Of a stretch of DNA of 64,000 bases, positions 9,760 through 19,025 are shown piece after piece (position 1 is the first letter of the stretch; every line of letters begins with the position of its first letter). Under the pieces are notes generated by a model. The model worked only from the letters and a program-made list of their open reading frames with translations. It had not been told where the DNA came from and did no database searches. Source of the DNA: Patescibacteria group bacterium (lineage in GTDB: Bacteria; Patescibacteriota; Patescibacteriia; SG8-24; DYFX01); contig JBAZZB010000001.1 in assembly GCA_041659045.1 (NCBI GenBank), positions 198,111-262,110 of the forward strand, written 5' to 3'. Position numbers and translations under genes: made by a program.

Positions 9760-11979
9760 ATGAAAGTCGTTTTTGCTACCGGCATTTTTCCCCCCGACAT
9801 TGGCGGCCCCGCCACCTCGGTTTCAGCGTTGGCTGAAGCCTGGAGCGCGCGCGGGCACCGGGTTACGGTTGTGACGTATTCAGAGCACGAATCTGACGGG
9901 ATTCGCTCCGCCTATTCCGTCGTTCGTATTCCTCGCGCTCAGGCAGCTTGGAAGCGTTATGTGAACTTCACTCGCGCTGTCTGGCGCGCTTCGGATGAAT
10001 CTGGTCCAATTTTTGCGCAGGACGCCATCGCTTCCGGCTTGCCGGCACTTTGTGTCGCGTGGCTGCGACGCCGCAAACTCATTCTGCGCATCGCTGGGGA
10101 TTTTGCCTGGGAACAGGCGCAGGTAAAATACGGCTACGGCGACTCGCTCGAAAAATTTCAAAACGACTCAAACGTTCCGTTCGTGCCGATGTTGTTGCGT
10201 GCCGTGCAGCGCTTCGTGTACCGACGCGCGGATATGGCGATCGCTCCGAGTCGATACCTTGCCGACGTCTTGCGCGGTTGGGGTGTTCCGGATCGCCGCA
10301 TTCGCATGATCAACAACGGTGTGCATCTGCCGGAGGCTGCAGCACAGCGTGGCAAGTTTCCACATCGCATCGTTGCCGCGGGACGTTTGGTGCCGTGGAA
10401 AAATTTTGACGTGCTGCTCAAAGCGCTGCCGCGCGTGCTCGAACGTTTCCCCGATGCGGAACTCTTTATCGCGGGCGATGGTCCCGAAATGATGCGTTTG
10501 CGCGCACTCGCGAGCGCACCCATGCTTGAACAGCGCGTGACGTTCGCGGGAAAAATGGAACGAGAAGCTCTTTGGAAGATGATTGGAGAAAGCGGCGTCT
10601 TTGCGCTCGTCAGTTCCTACGAGGGTTTTTCGCATCAACTCGTCGAAGCTTCGGCCTGTGGCGCGGCTGTTGTCGCGAGTCGGGCTGGAGGGAATACGGA
10701 ACTTATTGAAGACGGAAAGAACGGGCTCCTGGTCGAACCGGGGGACGCGAATGGTCTCGCCCAGGCCTTGATCCGTTATTTGGAAGACCCGTCGTTCGCC
10801 CGCGCCTGCGCGGACGAAGCCTTGAAAGATTCCGGGCGTTTTTCAATCGAGCGCCAAATTGCGGAAACGTCGGAAACCGTCCTTGGAAAGCCAGGGCTTC
10901 GCGTCGTGCTGGTGAGCCGCGATGGGACGGTCGTCGACTCGTCCTCGCGCACGGCCGCGCGCATGCGTGCGTACGGAGAACGTGTTGATCACTTGCGCGT
11001 CGTCAGTCTCGCCAAACAAGAACCAGCTTCGGTTGAGCTCTCCGCGCGCGTGCATGCCGATGTTATCGATGTGCGCGGCTACCCGCTGCCATGGAGTCTT
11101 GTTCGTCAGGTACGTGAAGCGATCGTGGCCGAGCAGGCGACGCTTGTTGTTGCGCAAGACCCGTTTGAAGCGGGAATCGTTGCTGCCGCGGCTTCTTACG
11201 CCGAGCAGGTTCCTTTTGTTGTCGAAGAGCATGGCGGGGTCTACCTGTCTGACCATTGGCGGCAGGAAACTTTAAAAAACAAGCTTCTTTTTCCCCTCGG
11301 ACTTCGCGTGCTCAAGCGCGCGTCGGGTATTCGCGTTGTGAGCGTGAAAATTGAGGAAGATTTGCATCAGCGCTTGCCCGCCGCTTCGATTACCAGAATC
11401 CCGGTCTATACCGAACCTCGGGTTTGTCGATCGAGCGCGCCCGCGCATGTGTTTGGCTACGTTGGACGTTTTGTGCCGCAAAAGAATCTGTTCGGACTTC
11501 TTGAGGCCTTCGCTATCGTCGCGAAAGCGCTTCCACAAGCGAAGCTTATTCTCGTGGGTGCTGGTCCGTTGGAGAATGCGCTACAGGCACGCTCGTTCGT
11601 GCTTGGAGTGTCAGGACGCATTGAATGGGTTGCGCACACGGAAAGCGTCGATGCCATTTATGAGCGCATCGGAACACTCGTACTTTCTTCGTGGTACGAA
11701 GGTTGGGCGCGTGTCGTGCCGGAGGCAATGTCGTGCGGCATACCAATTGTGATGACTAACGTCGGCTGCGCGAACGAGCTTCCGCGCAATGGTGTCGAAG
11801 GCTACGTTGTTCCGGTTGGAAACGACGAGGTTTTGGCCAAAGCGATGATCGATATCGTGCAATCCGGAAAACATGGCTTGATGGGGGCGGCCGCCAAACG
11901 ACGCGTTGAAACATCGCCGACGCCGCAAGAGCTCGGTGATCGCCTCGTTGATTTTTGGAAGCGACACGGTTCCGCCTAG
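9760..11979 (+). CDS. tandem double GT4 glycosyltransferase
   Basis: 739 aa; two complete GT4 units, each with its own E-x7-E motif (SSYEGFSHQLVEASACGAAVVASRAGGNTELIEDGKNGLLVEPGD and SSWYEGWARVVPEAMSCGIPIVMTNVGCANELPRNGVEGYVVPVGN). Confidence 0.7.
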   Translation: MKVVFATGIFPPDIGGPATSVSALAEAWSARGHRVTVVTYSEHESDGIRSAYSVVRIPRAQAAWKRYVNFTRAVWRASDESGPIFAQDAIASGLPALCVAWLRRRKLILRIAGDFAWEQAQVKYGYGDSLEKFQNDSNVPFVPMLLRAVQRFVYRRADMAIAPSRYLADVLRGWGVPDRRIRMINNGVHLPEAAAQRGKFPHRIVAAGRLVPWKNFDVLLKALPRVLERFPDAELFIAGDGPEMMRLRALASAPMLEQRVTFAGKMEREALWKMIGESGVFALVSSYEGFSHQLVEASACGAAVVASRAGGNTELIEDGKNGLLVEPGDANGLAQALIRYLEDPSFARACADEALKDSGRFSIERQIAETSETVLGKPGLRVVLVSRDGTVVDSSSRTAARMRAYGERVDHLRVVSLAKQEPASVELSARVHADVIDVRGYPLPWSLVRQVREAIVAEQATLVVAQDPFEAGIVAAAASYAEQVPFVVEEHGGVYLSDHWRQETLKNKLLFPLGLRVLKRASGIRVVSVKIEEDLHQRLPAASITRIPVYTEPRVCRSSAPAHVFGYVGRFVPQKNLFGLLEAFAIVAKALPQAKLILVGAGPLENALQARSFVLGVSGRIEWVAHTESVDAIYERIGTLVLSSWYEGWARVVPEAMSCGIPIVMTNVGCANELPRNGVEGYVVPVGNDEVLAKAMIDIVQSGKHGLMGAAAKRRVETSPTPQELGDRLVDFWKRHGSA

Positions 11980-12968
11980 GCTTCTACGTCGTAGAAGCCT
12001 TTTTCGTTCTTTGAAAACTCGCGAATTTGTTCAAGAGGGCTCACGCAAAGGTCATTCGGTTTCAAGACAAAAGGAGCAATGTGCTCGTGGACGAGCAGGA
12101 GGCCACCGACGCAGCGCACGAGCCATTTTCCGTTTGGAAAGACTTCAAGAACAGTTCCGGCGCCTAACGTGGCTTGTCCATATTCGATCGTGTCCGTCTC
12201 AAAAATGGCAGCGCGCATGATCGTGACTTTTTCACCGCGTACGTACGTGAAAGCTCCGTTGAAAGGCGGTGCGACGGCGCGAATGAAGCGTTCGATCTCT
12301 ACGAGTCCGGTGCGCCAGTCGATCAGGCTGTCTTCGGGATTGCGTTTCGGATAGAACGTCGGCATTTCGTCGCTTTGTGCTTTCAGCGCAAAACTCCCAT
12401 CGCAAAGCGCGGCAAGATTTTTGGTGATGAGGCGTTTCATCGCCAAGGCGTTTTTGAAATGCATCGTTTCGGCGGTGTCTTCCGGACGGATCGTAAATTT
12501 GAACGTGTCCAGTACGGCGCCGGAATCGACGCCGGCATCGTAGCGAAAAAGATTGGTGTAAAACGCGTTGCGGCCTTCCAGAATCGACCAGTTCATGGGT
12601 GAACGGCCGCGTCCCTTCGGCAGGTTCTCGGCGCTGCCATGCATGCCGAAGGCTCCGATACAGATGAAATCGAGAACATCGGCGGGAATCAGGCGCTGCC
12701 AGCCGATCACGAATGCCAAGTCGAGTTTCATGCCACGGATCGCTTCGATGTCTTCCGCGTCTTTCAAGGTATAGCTGCGCGCGACGTAGCAGGGGATCCG
12801 GTTAGCTTCGGCGAAAGCGCGCAGATCTTCATAATCGGCAACCTCGTTTTTGGCAGCAAGCTCAGGGGAGATCGTAATGAGATGCTGGACGCCTCCCTGC
12901 GCCAAGAGCGCCTCGATCATGAAGCGCGTCGTTTGCTTGCAGCCGAAGATGGCAATCTTCGCGCTCAT
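11976..12968 (-). CDS. sugar N-formyltransferase (Fmt/ArnA N-terminal-domain family)
   Basis: 330 aa; formyl_trans_N-type motif HGSAENLPKGRGRSPMNWSILEGRNAFYTNLFRYDAGVDSGAVLD; last gene of the coupled minus-strand operon. Confidence 0.7.
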   Translation of the reverse strand: MSAKIAIFGCKQTTRFMIEALLAQGGVQHLITISPELAAKNEVADYEDLRAFAEANRIPCYVARSYTLKDAEDIEAIRGMKLDLAFVIGWQRLIPADVLDFICIGAFGMHGSAENLPKGRGRSPMNWSILEGRNAFYTNLFRYDAGVDSGAVLDTFKFTIRPEDTAETMHFKNALAMKRLITKNLAALCDGSFALKAQSDEMPTFYPKRNPEDSLIDWRTGLVEIERFIRAVAPPFNGAFTYVRGEKVTIMRAAIFETDTIEYGQATLGAGTVLEVFPNGKWLVRCVGGLLLVHEHIAPFVLKPNDLCVSPLEQIREFSKNEKGFYDVEA

Positions 12969-13672
12969 GAAGAAATGCGACTACGATACGGGATGCAATT
13001 GTCCGCGACATGCGTTTGGAAGCGGTTGGTGCGCTCGACGACGAAACGATCGAGGAGATCCACGTTGTCTTTGGTGTTCGAGAACATCCACCAGAGCGGA
13101 TGAATGAGGAGATGAATGGCTTTCGTTTGCTTCCATTCTTCCGTTTCGAAAGGGTGCCCGAAGCGAAACATGCCTTGGGAATCGGAAACGTATTTGATGT
13201 CTTTAAAGTATTTGTTCTGGTAGGTGTGCTCGACGCCGCAAAGAGGCGCGTCGCAGCTTTTTAAAAAATCGTTCGGACGATGGACGCTCATGACCGCGAC
13301 CGGCACGCCGAAATACGATTCAAAAAGCGTTTTCTCTTCAAGAAAGCCTTGCTCGATGTTCTCATAGTGCGTCGGATCGAAATGGATGCTGACGCGGTGT
13401 CCACGGGCATGAATCGAGCGAATGTATTCAGCGTTCGCTCGCGAAAACGGATTGTAGGAATCGGAACGCATCAGGAAAAAATACGTCGCTTTCACGCCGA
13501 GCGCGTCTTCCGCCAGCGACATATCGTGCGCCAGCTTCACGTCAAAATCGACGTCGTGACGCACAATCAGTTCTCCGGGGGCACCCGTTGCTTGATCGAA
13601 AAAAATCGGGCGATACCCGTTGAGGGTGAAGCCTTGGAGGAGTGCGGGATATTTTCCGAGATAGCTTTCCAT
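12965..13672 (-). CDS. polysaccharide deacetylase-like (CE4-like) protein, putative
   Basis: Start taken at internal Met (MESYLGKY) at 13672, abutting the DegT stop; contains RHDVD and HARGHRVSIH His/Asp-rich motifs reminiscent of metal-dependent deacetylases; family call is tentative. Confidence 0.4.
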   Translation of the reverse strand: MESYLGKYPALLQGFTLNGYRPIFFDQATGAPGELIVRHDVDFDVKLAHDMSLAEDALGVKATYFFLMRSDSYNPFSRANAEYIRSIHARGHRVSIHFDPTHYENIEQGFLEEKTLFESYFGVPVAVMSVHRPNDFLKSCDAPLCGVEHTYQNKYFKDIKYVSDSQGMFRFGHPFETEEWKQTKAIHLLIHPLWWMFSNTKDNVDLLDRFVVERTNRFQTHVADNCIPYRSRISS

Positions 13673-13676
13673 GTGT

Positions 13677-14702
13677 TCAGTGAATCGGCAGGCTGATGAC
13701 GTGCTTGGCCGCGAACTCGGAATGCGGGAGCAGCTTGTGCTTTCCGAACAATCCGATATACGCCTGCTGCCTGTATACCGGGGTTTCGTAATAGATTGCG
13801 GATGGAATGCCTTCGCGTTCCAATGCTTGGGCAAAGGCCTTGCGATTGCGGACAGTCAGCGTAAAGACGTTATAGGTATGCCCGGGCTGCTCAGGCATCG
13901 CAAGTACGTCCGGATGTTCACGAAATTTTTTGAACCACGTTTCGGCTTGAGAACGGCGGACGTCGAGATCTTCCTCCAGCCACGTCATTTTTTCAAGTAA
14001 AACCGCAGCTTGGATCGTGTCGAGTCGGCTGTTGCCGCCGATGATTTGGTGCACGTATTTTTTCGGCTGTCCGTGGTTCTTGAGCAGCTTAAAACGTTTC
14101 GCGACCGCCGATGAGCGAATGGTGACAGCGCCGCCGTCGCCAAAGCCGCCAAGATTCTTGGTTGGAAAAAAACTGAAACACCCGACATCGCCGAAAGTGC
14201 CCGTACGCTTGCCGTCGTGCTTCGCGCCATACGATTGAGCGCAGTCTTCAACGAGTTTCAGGCGGTATTTCTTGCAAAGGCGCACGATCGGCTTCATGTC
14301 GCAGGCGAGTCCATAGAGATGTACGACAAGTACGGCGCGCGTTCTCTTGGTCATCTTCTTTTCAATCTGCGCGGCATCAATATTGAATGTGCGCGGATCA
14401 ATGTCGACAAGAACGGGTTTCGCGCCGACGGTCGCAATCGCTTCAATGGTCGCGAAGTAGGTGAAAGCCGTCGTAATGACTTCATCGCCCGGTCCGATAC
14501 CGAGTGCCTTGAGACCGAGGGTAAGCGCGTCGGTGCCGGAGTTGCAGGTGATCGTCTCGACGCCAAAATAGTCCGTCATGCGGCGCTCGAGTTCGGTGGT
14601 TTCGGGGCCTCCGATAAATTGTTCAGACGCGACGACGCGTCCGATGCGCGCCAAGAGGCGATCGGTCCTCTCTTTGGAAAGTTTTTGCGAAAAGAATTTC
14701 AT
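13677..14702 (-). CDS. DegT/DnrJ/EryC1/StrS-family PLP-dependent sugar aminotransferase (WbpE-like)
   Basis: 341 aa; fold-type I aminotransferase with PLP-lysine context FSFFPTKNLGGFGDGG; start overlaps the upstream stop (ATGA). Confidence 0.85.
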   Translation of the reverse strand: MKFFSQKLSKERTDRLLARIGRVVASEQFIGGPETTELERRMTDYFGVETITCNSGTDALTLGLKALGIGPGDEVITTAFTYFATIEAIATVGAKPVLVDIDPRTFNIDAAQIEKKMTKRTRAVLVVHLYGLACDMKPIVRLCKKYRLKLVEDCAQSYGAKHDGKRTGTFGDVGCFSFFPTKNLGGFGDGGAVTIRSSAVAKRFKLLKNHGQPKKYVHQIIGGNSRLDTIQAAVLLEKMTWLEEDLDVRRSQAETWFKKFREHPDVLAMPEQPGHTYNVFTLTVRNRKAFAQALEREGIPSAIYYETPVYRQQAYIGLFGKHKLLPHSEFAAKHVISLPIH

Positions 14703-15430
14703 GCGGATGTGGGTCCATCGTAGGTAATTTCGTCGTCGCCGAGTCGGCGCGGACCGCGCACGGTTTCACGTTCCTCAATAATTTGCGCTAGGAGTCCTGG
14801 GAGGCGTGCCAGCGCAAAGATACCGCGCATCGGTTCGGGACCGAAGCCCATGTCGAGCAGAACGGCCGCCATAGCTCCGTCAACGTTGAGTGGTAGAGGT
14901 TTTTTCGCTTCGATGTTCAACGCAGATTCCACGCGTTCGGCGAATGCTGAATATGGACCGTAGACACCCAAGGTTTTGGCGTGCGCGAAGAGCGCTGCGC
15001 TGCGACGGTCCTTCGCGAGCAACTTGTGCCCGTATCCGGGCAAGCGGCGGCTGTTGGCACGGGCGCGAGAAACGACGCTGGTAGGATCCTCCTGAGCTTG
15101 CGCAAGGAAAAAACGGGCCGCATCCTCGATCGCACCGCCGTGGAGCGTGCCTTGTGCCAAGATGCCGGCGGCCAAGGCAACATGAGGATCGTTGCCGGAA
15201 GAAGCGACCGCGCGGGCAGTGATCGAAGAAACAGGCGCGGCGCCGTGATCGATCGCGGCGACAAGTACGGCTTCAAGCATGGCGGCTTGTTCTTTGGTCG
15301 GCCAACTTTCGCGCAACAAAAGCCACGTGACTTCCGTAAACGACCGCGTGCCGATCAAAGAGATCAGGTCGTGGCCGCGAAGGATCTCGCGTTCCTTGGT
15401 GACGTGAGAGATGCGTGTGTGGATCTTCAT
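14699..15430 (-). CDS. small citrate-synthase-like protein (citryl-CoA lyase-like)
   Basis: 243 aa; citrate-synthase-type catalytic motif PGYGHKLL (cf. GFGHRVY); the size matches the C-terminal citrate-synthase domain of ACL and CCL; stop and start overlap both neighbours by ATGA. Confidence 0.55.
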   Translation of the reverse strand: MKIHTRISHVTKEREILRGHDLISLIGTRSFTEVTWLLLRESWPTKEQAAMLEAVLVAAIDHGAAPVSSITARAVASSGNDPHVALAAGILAQGTLHGGAIEDAARFFLAQAQEDPTSVVSRARANSRRLPGYGHKLLAKDRRSAALFAHAKTLGVYGPYSAFAERVESALNIEAKKPLPLNVDGAMAAVLLDMGFGPEPMRGIFALARLPGLLAQIIEERETVRGPRRLGDDEITYDGPTSA

Positions 15431-16323
15431 GCGTGGACGGTCGGGTGAATCAATTCTACGAGATCTTCGAAGCGTTCGGCAACCAAGGCTCCGGCGTCCT
15501 GGAGCGCCGCCATTTTCTCACGAGCCGACTGTCCTTTGCCGACGATCGCACCGGCATGTCCGACAACGGTACCTGATGGAAGCGTTTCGGCGAAGGCTCC
15601 TCCGATATGCACTGCGAGCGGCTTCGTGAAGCCGCCGTCCTGCAGTAAGGACACGATTTCCCGTTCGTAATTCACGCCCTGTTCGGCGTAGATCACGACG
15701 GCTTTCGTGGTCGGGTCGGCTTCCATTTCCTTCAGCACGTCAGCGTAGGTCGTGCCGATCAAGAGTTCGCCTCCGACGTGGACAGCGGTGCTCTGTCCAA
15801 GACCGGCCTGGCGCACCAGCCAAGAAAGCTCGTTGGTCATGCCGCCCGAGCGCGAGATGACGCCGATCGGTCCAGGCGCGTAGATTTCATCGACCAAAGG
15901 CCCGCCGACGACTCCGAGGCGACCGATGCCAGGGACGAGGCAGCCGAGTGATCCGGGTCCGATAATCCGCGCGCCGCGTTCGCGCGCCGCAGCGAGGCAG
16001 TAGGCTGCGTCTTTGAGCGGCATTTTTTCCGTCATGACGTTCACGAGCGTAATGCCAGCTTCCAGCGCTTCAAGGATTGCGGCTTTTGCGGCGGCAGGCG
16101 GAACGTAGATTGCCGAGACAGTGGTTTCGGGAAAAGACGTAAGCGCGTCACGGACGGTTTCAAAAACTGGCGCGCCATCGGCGACGTGGCCGCCCTTGCC
16201 CGGCGTGACGCCGCATGGCACGCGCGTGTGATACGCCCGCATGGCCGTGAGTGCCCGCAAGCCCTCCTTACCGGTGATACCCTGGATCAACACCGAAGTG
16301 TTTTCCGTGAGCAAGATACTCAT
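15427..16323 (-). CDS. succinyl-CoA synthetase alpha-like CoA-binding/ligase subunit
   Basis: 298 aa; N-terminal MSILLTENTSVLIQGITGKEG (cf. SucD MSILIDKNTKVICQGFTG); phospho-histidine loop VVGHAGAIVGKG conserved. Confidence 0.75.
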   Translation of the reverse strand: MSILLTENTSVLIQGITGKEGLRALTAMRAYHTRVPCGVTPGKGGHVADGAPVFETVRDALTSFPETTVSAIYVPPAAAKAAILEALEAGITLVNVMTEKMPLKDAAYCLAAARERGARIIGPGSLGCLVPGIGRLGVVGGPLVDEIYAPGPIGVISRSGGMTNELSWLVRQAGLGQSTAVHVGGELLIGTTYADVLKEMEADPTTKAVVIYAEQGVNYEREIVSLLQDGGFTKPLAVHIGGAFAETLPSGTVVGHAGAIVGKGQSAREKMAALQDAGALVAERFEDLVELIHPTVHA

Positions 16324-17390
16324 AGCATCAACGCTTTCATGCGCGCCACGGCATCGTTCATCGAGGTCTCTTTGCCAAAAAGTTCGATCTTCAAACCATT
16401 GCGTTCCGCGCAGGCGCGCAGGAGTTCAAGACCTTCGCGTTCACGCGGGCCAGCGCGGCGGACCACGATCGGATAGGAAGGCTTGAGGGCATCGAGCGCC
16501 TCGGCAAGACCCTCGAACGTTTCCTTGATGTCGGTGAAATTAGCGATGCCGCCGATGATCAGCGCGCCGCGCAGATCCGGCTTCGACAACACGAGCGTCG
16601 CGAGTTCGCGGACTTTTTCTTTCGGTGGGTTCCCGGAATATTCAGCGTAATTGGCCGCATGGAGTCCGGCACGCTGCATGGCATCCATGTTCACGAGGCT
16701 GGCGCCGCCGCCCGAAAAAAGCGTGGCGATGTCGCCGGAGAGCGGATGAAAGGACGCGCCGAAGGCCGAGTGATCATGCACGGCGTCATCGAGCGCGACT
16801 TTCGCATCGAGCGCCACGAGCGTGCCGTCAGCGCGCTCAGCAACGGGGTTCACTTCGATCTGCCTCGCATCTTCTTCAAAAAAAGCTTTAACGATTTTCT
16901 CGCAAAATTCCGGCAGTGCTTTGGCGATCAGGCCCAGCTCGCCGAAAATTGTCTCGAGCGAGCGGCGAGGATCGCGCGGATCAAGCGGAAAGGAACGAAC
17001 GTCGTCGCGCGTCTCGATGCCGGAGCCGCCATGTCTGCCGACGAGCAAAAGCGGACCGTGCACTGCGACATCGTAGACGCACGAGACGTACAGTTCTTGC
17101 GTCGAGACGATATGTTCCTCGAGAAGCGCGCTTGTCACGGGTTGGCCGTTCAGGCCGTCTTTCAACCAGCCGGACACGGCCTTTTCGACGTCGGAAACGG
17201 ATTCGCAAAAAACCACGCCGCCGTGCGCGGCGCGGTTCCCCGCGAGCACCTGCGCCTTGGCGACCCAGCAGCCACCGAGGCTCTTCGCGGCTGCTTCGAT
17301 CTCTTCGACGCGTGAAAGGAGGATTCCGGCAGGAATCGCGATGCCGTGCTTTGCGAGAAGCGCCTTACCTTCGTGCTCGTAGACGTTCAT
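16320..17390 (-). CDS. succinyl-CoA synthetase beta-like ATP-grasp subunit
   Basis: 356 aa; N-terminal [22 protein letters not shown] (cf. SucC MNLHEYQAKQLFARYGLP); ATP-grasp fold throughout. Confidence 0.75.
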   Translation of the reverse strand: MNVYEHEGKALLAKHGIAIPAGILLSRVEEIEAAAKSLGGCWVAKAQVLAGNRAAHGGVVFCESVSDVEKAVSGWLKDGLNGQPVTSALLEEHIVSTQELYVSCVYDVAVHGPLLLVGRHGGSGIETRDDVRSFPLDPRDPRRSLETIFGELGLIAKALPEFCEKIVKAFFEEDARQIEVNPVAERADGTLVALDAKVALDDAVHDHSAFGASFHPLSGDIATLFSGGGASLVNMDAMQRAGLHAANYAEYSGNPPKEKVRELATLVLSKPDLRGALIIGGIANFTDIKETFEGLAEALDALKPSYPIVVRRAGPREREGLELLRACAERNGLKIELFGKETSMNDAVARMKALML

Positions 17391-18438
17391 ACTCTTCCTT
17401 CACGCGCCGCACGAGCTTTTTGAGATTGTGATGTTCAACGACGATCGAGCGCAGCGACTCTCCCATGCGCGCGCGGTCTTCGGCCGACAACGAGAGGCAG
17501 CTGTTGAGCTTTGCCGCAAAGTCCTCGGGACTCCATTCGTAGAAAAGGTACGGCAGCCACTCCCCGAGGTACTCGTTGAAGACGGGTGTGCAGACGAGTG
17601 TTGGAACGCCGCATGACATCGACTCAAGAAAATTCTTTCCGGCGCCGCCGCCGCGCTGCATGGCGACAAACGCCGCTGAACCGCACAAGTAGGGGAGAAT
17701 CTCCCGGTTCGGCACCGGGCCGACGAATTCAAATGCGTCCGACAATCCTGCCGCCGCGATGCGCTCTTTGAGACCGGCGACGTAGGTGACATCGGCATCG
17801 GTGAGTGGGCCGCCAATCATTTGCACAACGAAATCGCGTCGCCCGTAGTTGTTTCTCAACAACGTGCAGGCTTCGACCAGCAAATCGTATTCCTTAATAG
17901 GGGAGAGGCGACCGACGCTCAAAATAACTTTCCGTTCGGGGACGCGCGTCGGTACCGGGCAGCTGAAGAGATCGGGATCGACGCCGTGGCCGACCGCCAT
18001 AAACTTGGGTGAATCGCTGCCACGGAAGCTTTCCTTTGAAACAGAGACAACGCCGTTGCCAATCCAAAGTGCCATGAGCCGCAGCCAGCTGCCTCCTTTG
18101 TGCGCGAACCAGAGCAGTGTCGTTTTGCCCATGAGGCGCCAGAAGAGTCCGCCGAGCGTGACGTACTCCGAGTTCATGTGCACGAAAACGCAATCGTACT
18201 CCTTGCGCAGGCCGAAAATATATTTGTAGAAACGCCAAAGATACTGCAAGCGCGAGCGGTGTTCCTCTTTACCCAGCGAGTGCACGCGCACGTTCGCGGG
18301 AAGATCGTACGCGCCTTTTTTCAAACAGATTACCTCGACGGATTCGAAGACTTCCGCGAAGCGTCTGATCCATTGGTGGATGGCGCCGAGGACGTCGTCG
18401 TTCTTGTCGACAATTTGCGTGATGATCAGGAGCTTCAT
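17365..18438 (-). CDS. glycosyltransferase (GT4-like)
   Basis: Start taken at [10 protein letters not shown] (18438), abutting the LbH gene stop; GT-B architecture; C-terminal Gly-rich donor-binding region. Confidence 0.6.
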   Translation of the reverse strand: MKLLIITQIVDKNDDVLGAIHQWIRRFAEVFESVEVICLKKGAYDLPANVRVHSLGKEEHRSRLQYLWRFYKYIFGLRKEYDCVFVHMNSEYVTLGGLFWRLMGKTTLLWFAHKGGSWLRLMALWIGNGVVSVSKESFRGSDSPKFMAVGHGVDPDLFSCPVPTRVPERKVILSVGRLSPIKEYDLLVEACTLLRNNYGRRDFVVQMIGGPLTDADVTYVAGLKERIAAAGLSDAFEFVGPVPNREILPYLCGSAAFVAMQRGGGAGKNFLESMSCGVPTLVCTPVFNEYLGEWLPYLFYEWSPEDFAAKLNSCLSLSAEDRARMGESLRSIVVEHHNLKKLVRRVKEEYERLRARR

Positions 18439-19025
18439 GCGAGTCGCACTATTCCGCTTTCGAGACGATAGGCCTTTTCGCAACGCGCACAGGATGCCGC
18501 ATTGTTCTCAAACGCGAGTCTTCCACCACATTCGCAAATCCAGCCGATCGGTTTGGCCGGCACGCCGACGACAATGGCGTAGTCGGGGACATCCTTCGTA
18601 ACAACGCAACCAGCGCCAATGAGCGCGTGCGCGCCAATCGTTGTGCCGCAAACAATCGTCGCGTTGGCACCGATCGAGGCGCCTGTCTTAAGTAGCGTCG
18701 GTGACCACGAGCCAAACTTCGGGTAGTCGCGCTTCGGATATTTGGCACGCGGCACGAGATCATTCGTGAACACAACGGAGGGGCCGACGAATACGAAATC
18801 CTCGAGTGTCACGAGATCCCAGACGTCGATATTCGCTTCAAGCTTCACACCGTTACCGAGTACGGCTTTGCCGAAAATCGTGCAGTTGTGGCCGATACCG
18901 CAGTTCTCTCCGATCCTGGCGCCGCTCACGACCTGGCTGTGACGCCAAATTTTGGTACCCGAACCGACCGACGCGTCATTGGCAACGTCGGCGGTTGGAT
19001 GGATCGTTACGCCGTCATGCGGCAT
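18435..19025 (-). CDS. hexapeptide-repeat (LbH) N-acyltransferase (WbpD/PglD-like)
   Basis: 196 aa; hexapeptide-repeat-rich (left-handed beta-helix type) sequence; C-terminal C-x-C...C-x2-C ribbon-like tail. Confidence 0.8.
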   Translation of the reverse strand: MPHDGVTIHPTADVANDASVGSGTKIWRHSQVVSGARIGENCGIGHNCTIFGKAVLGNGVKLEANIDVWDLVTLEDFVFVGPSVVFTNDLVPRAKYPKRDYPKFGSWSPTLLKTGASIGANATIVCGTTIGAHALIGAGCVVTKDVPDYAIVVGVPAKPIGWICECGGRLAFENNAASCARCEKAYRLESGIVRLA

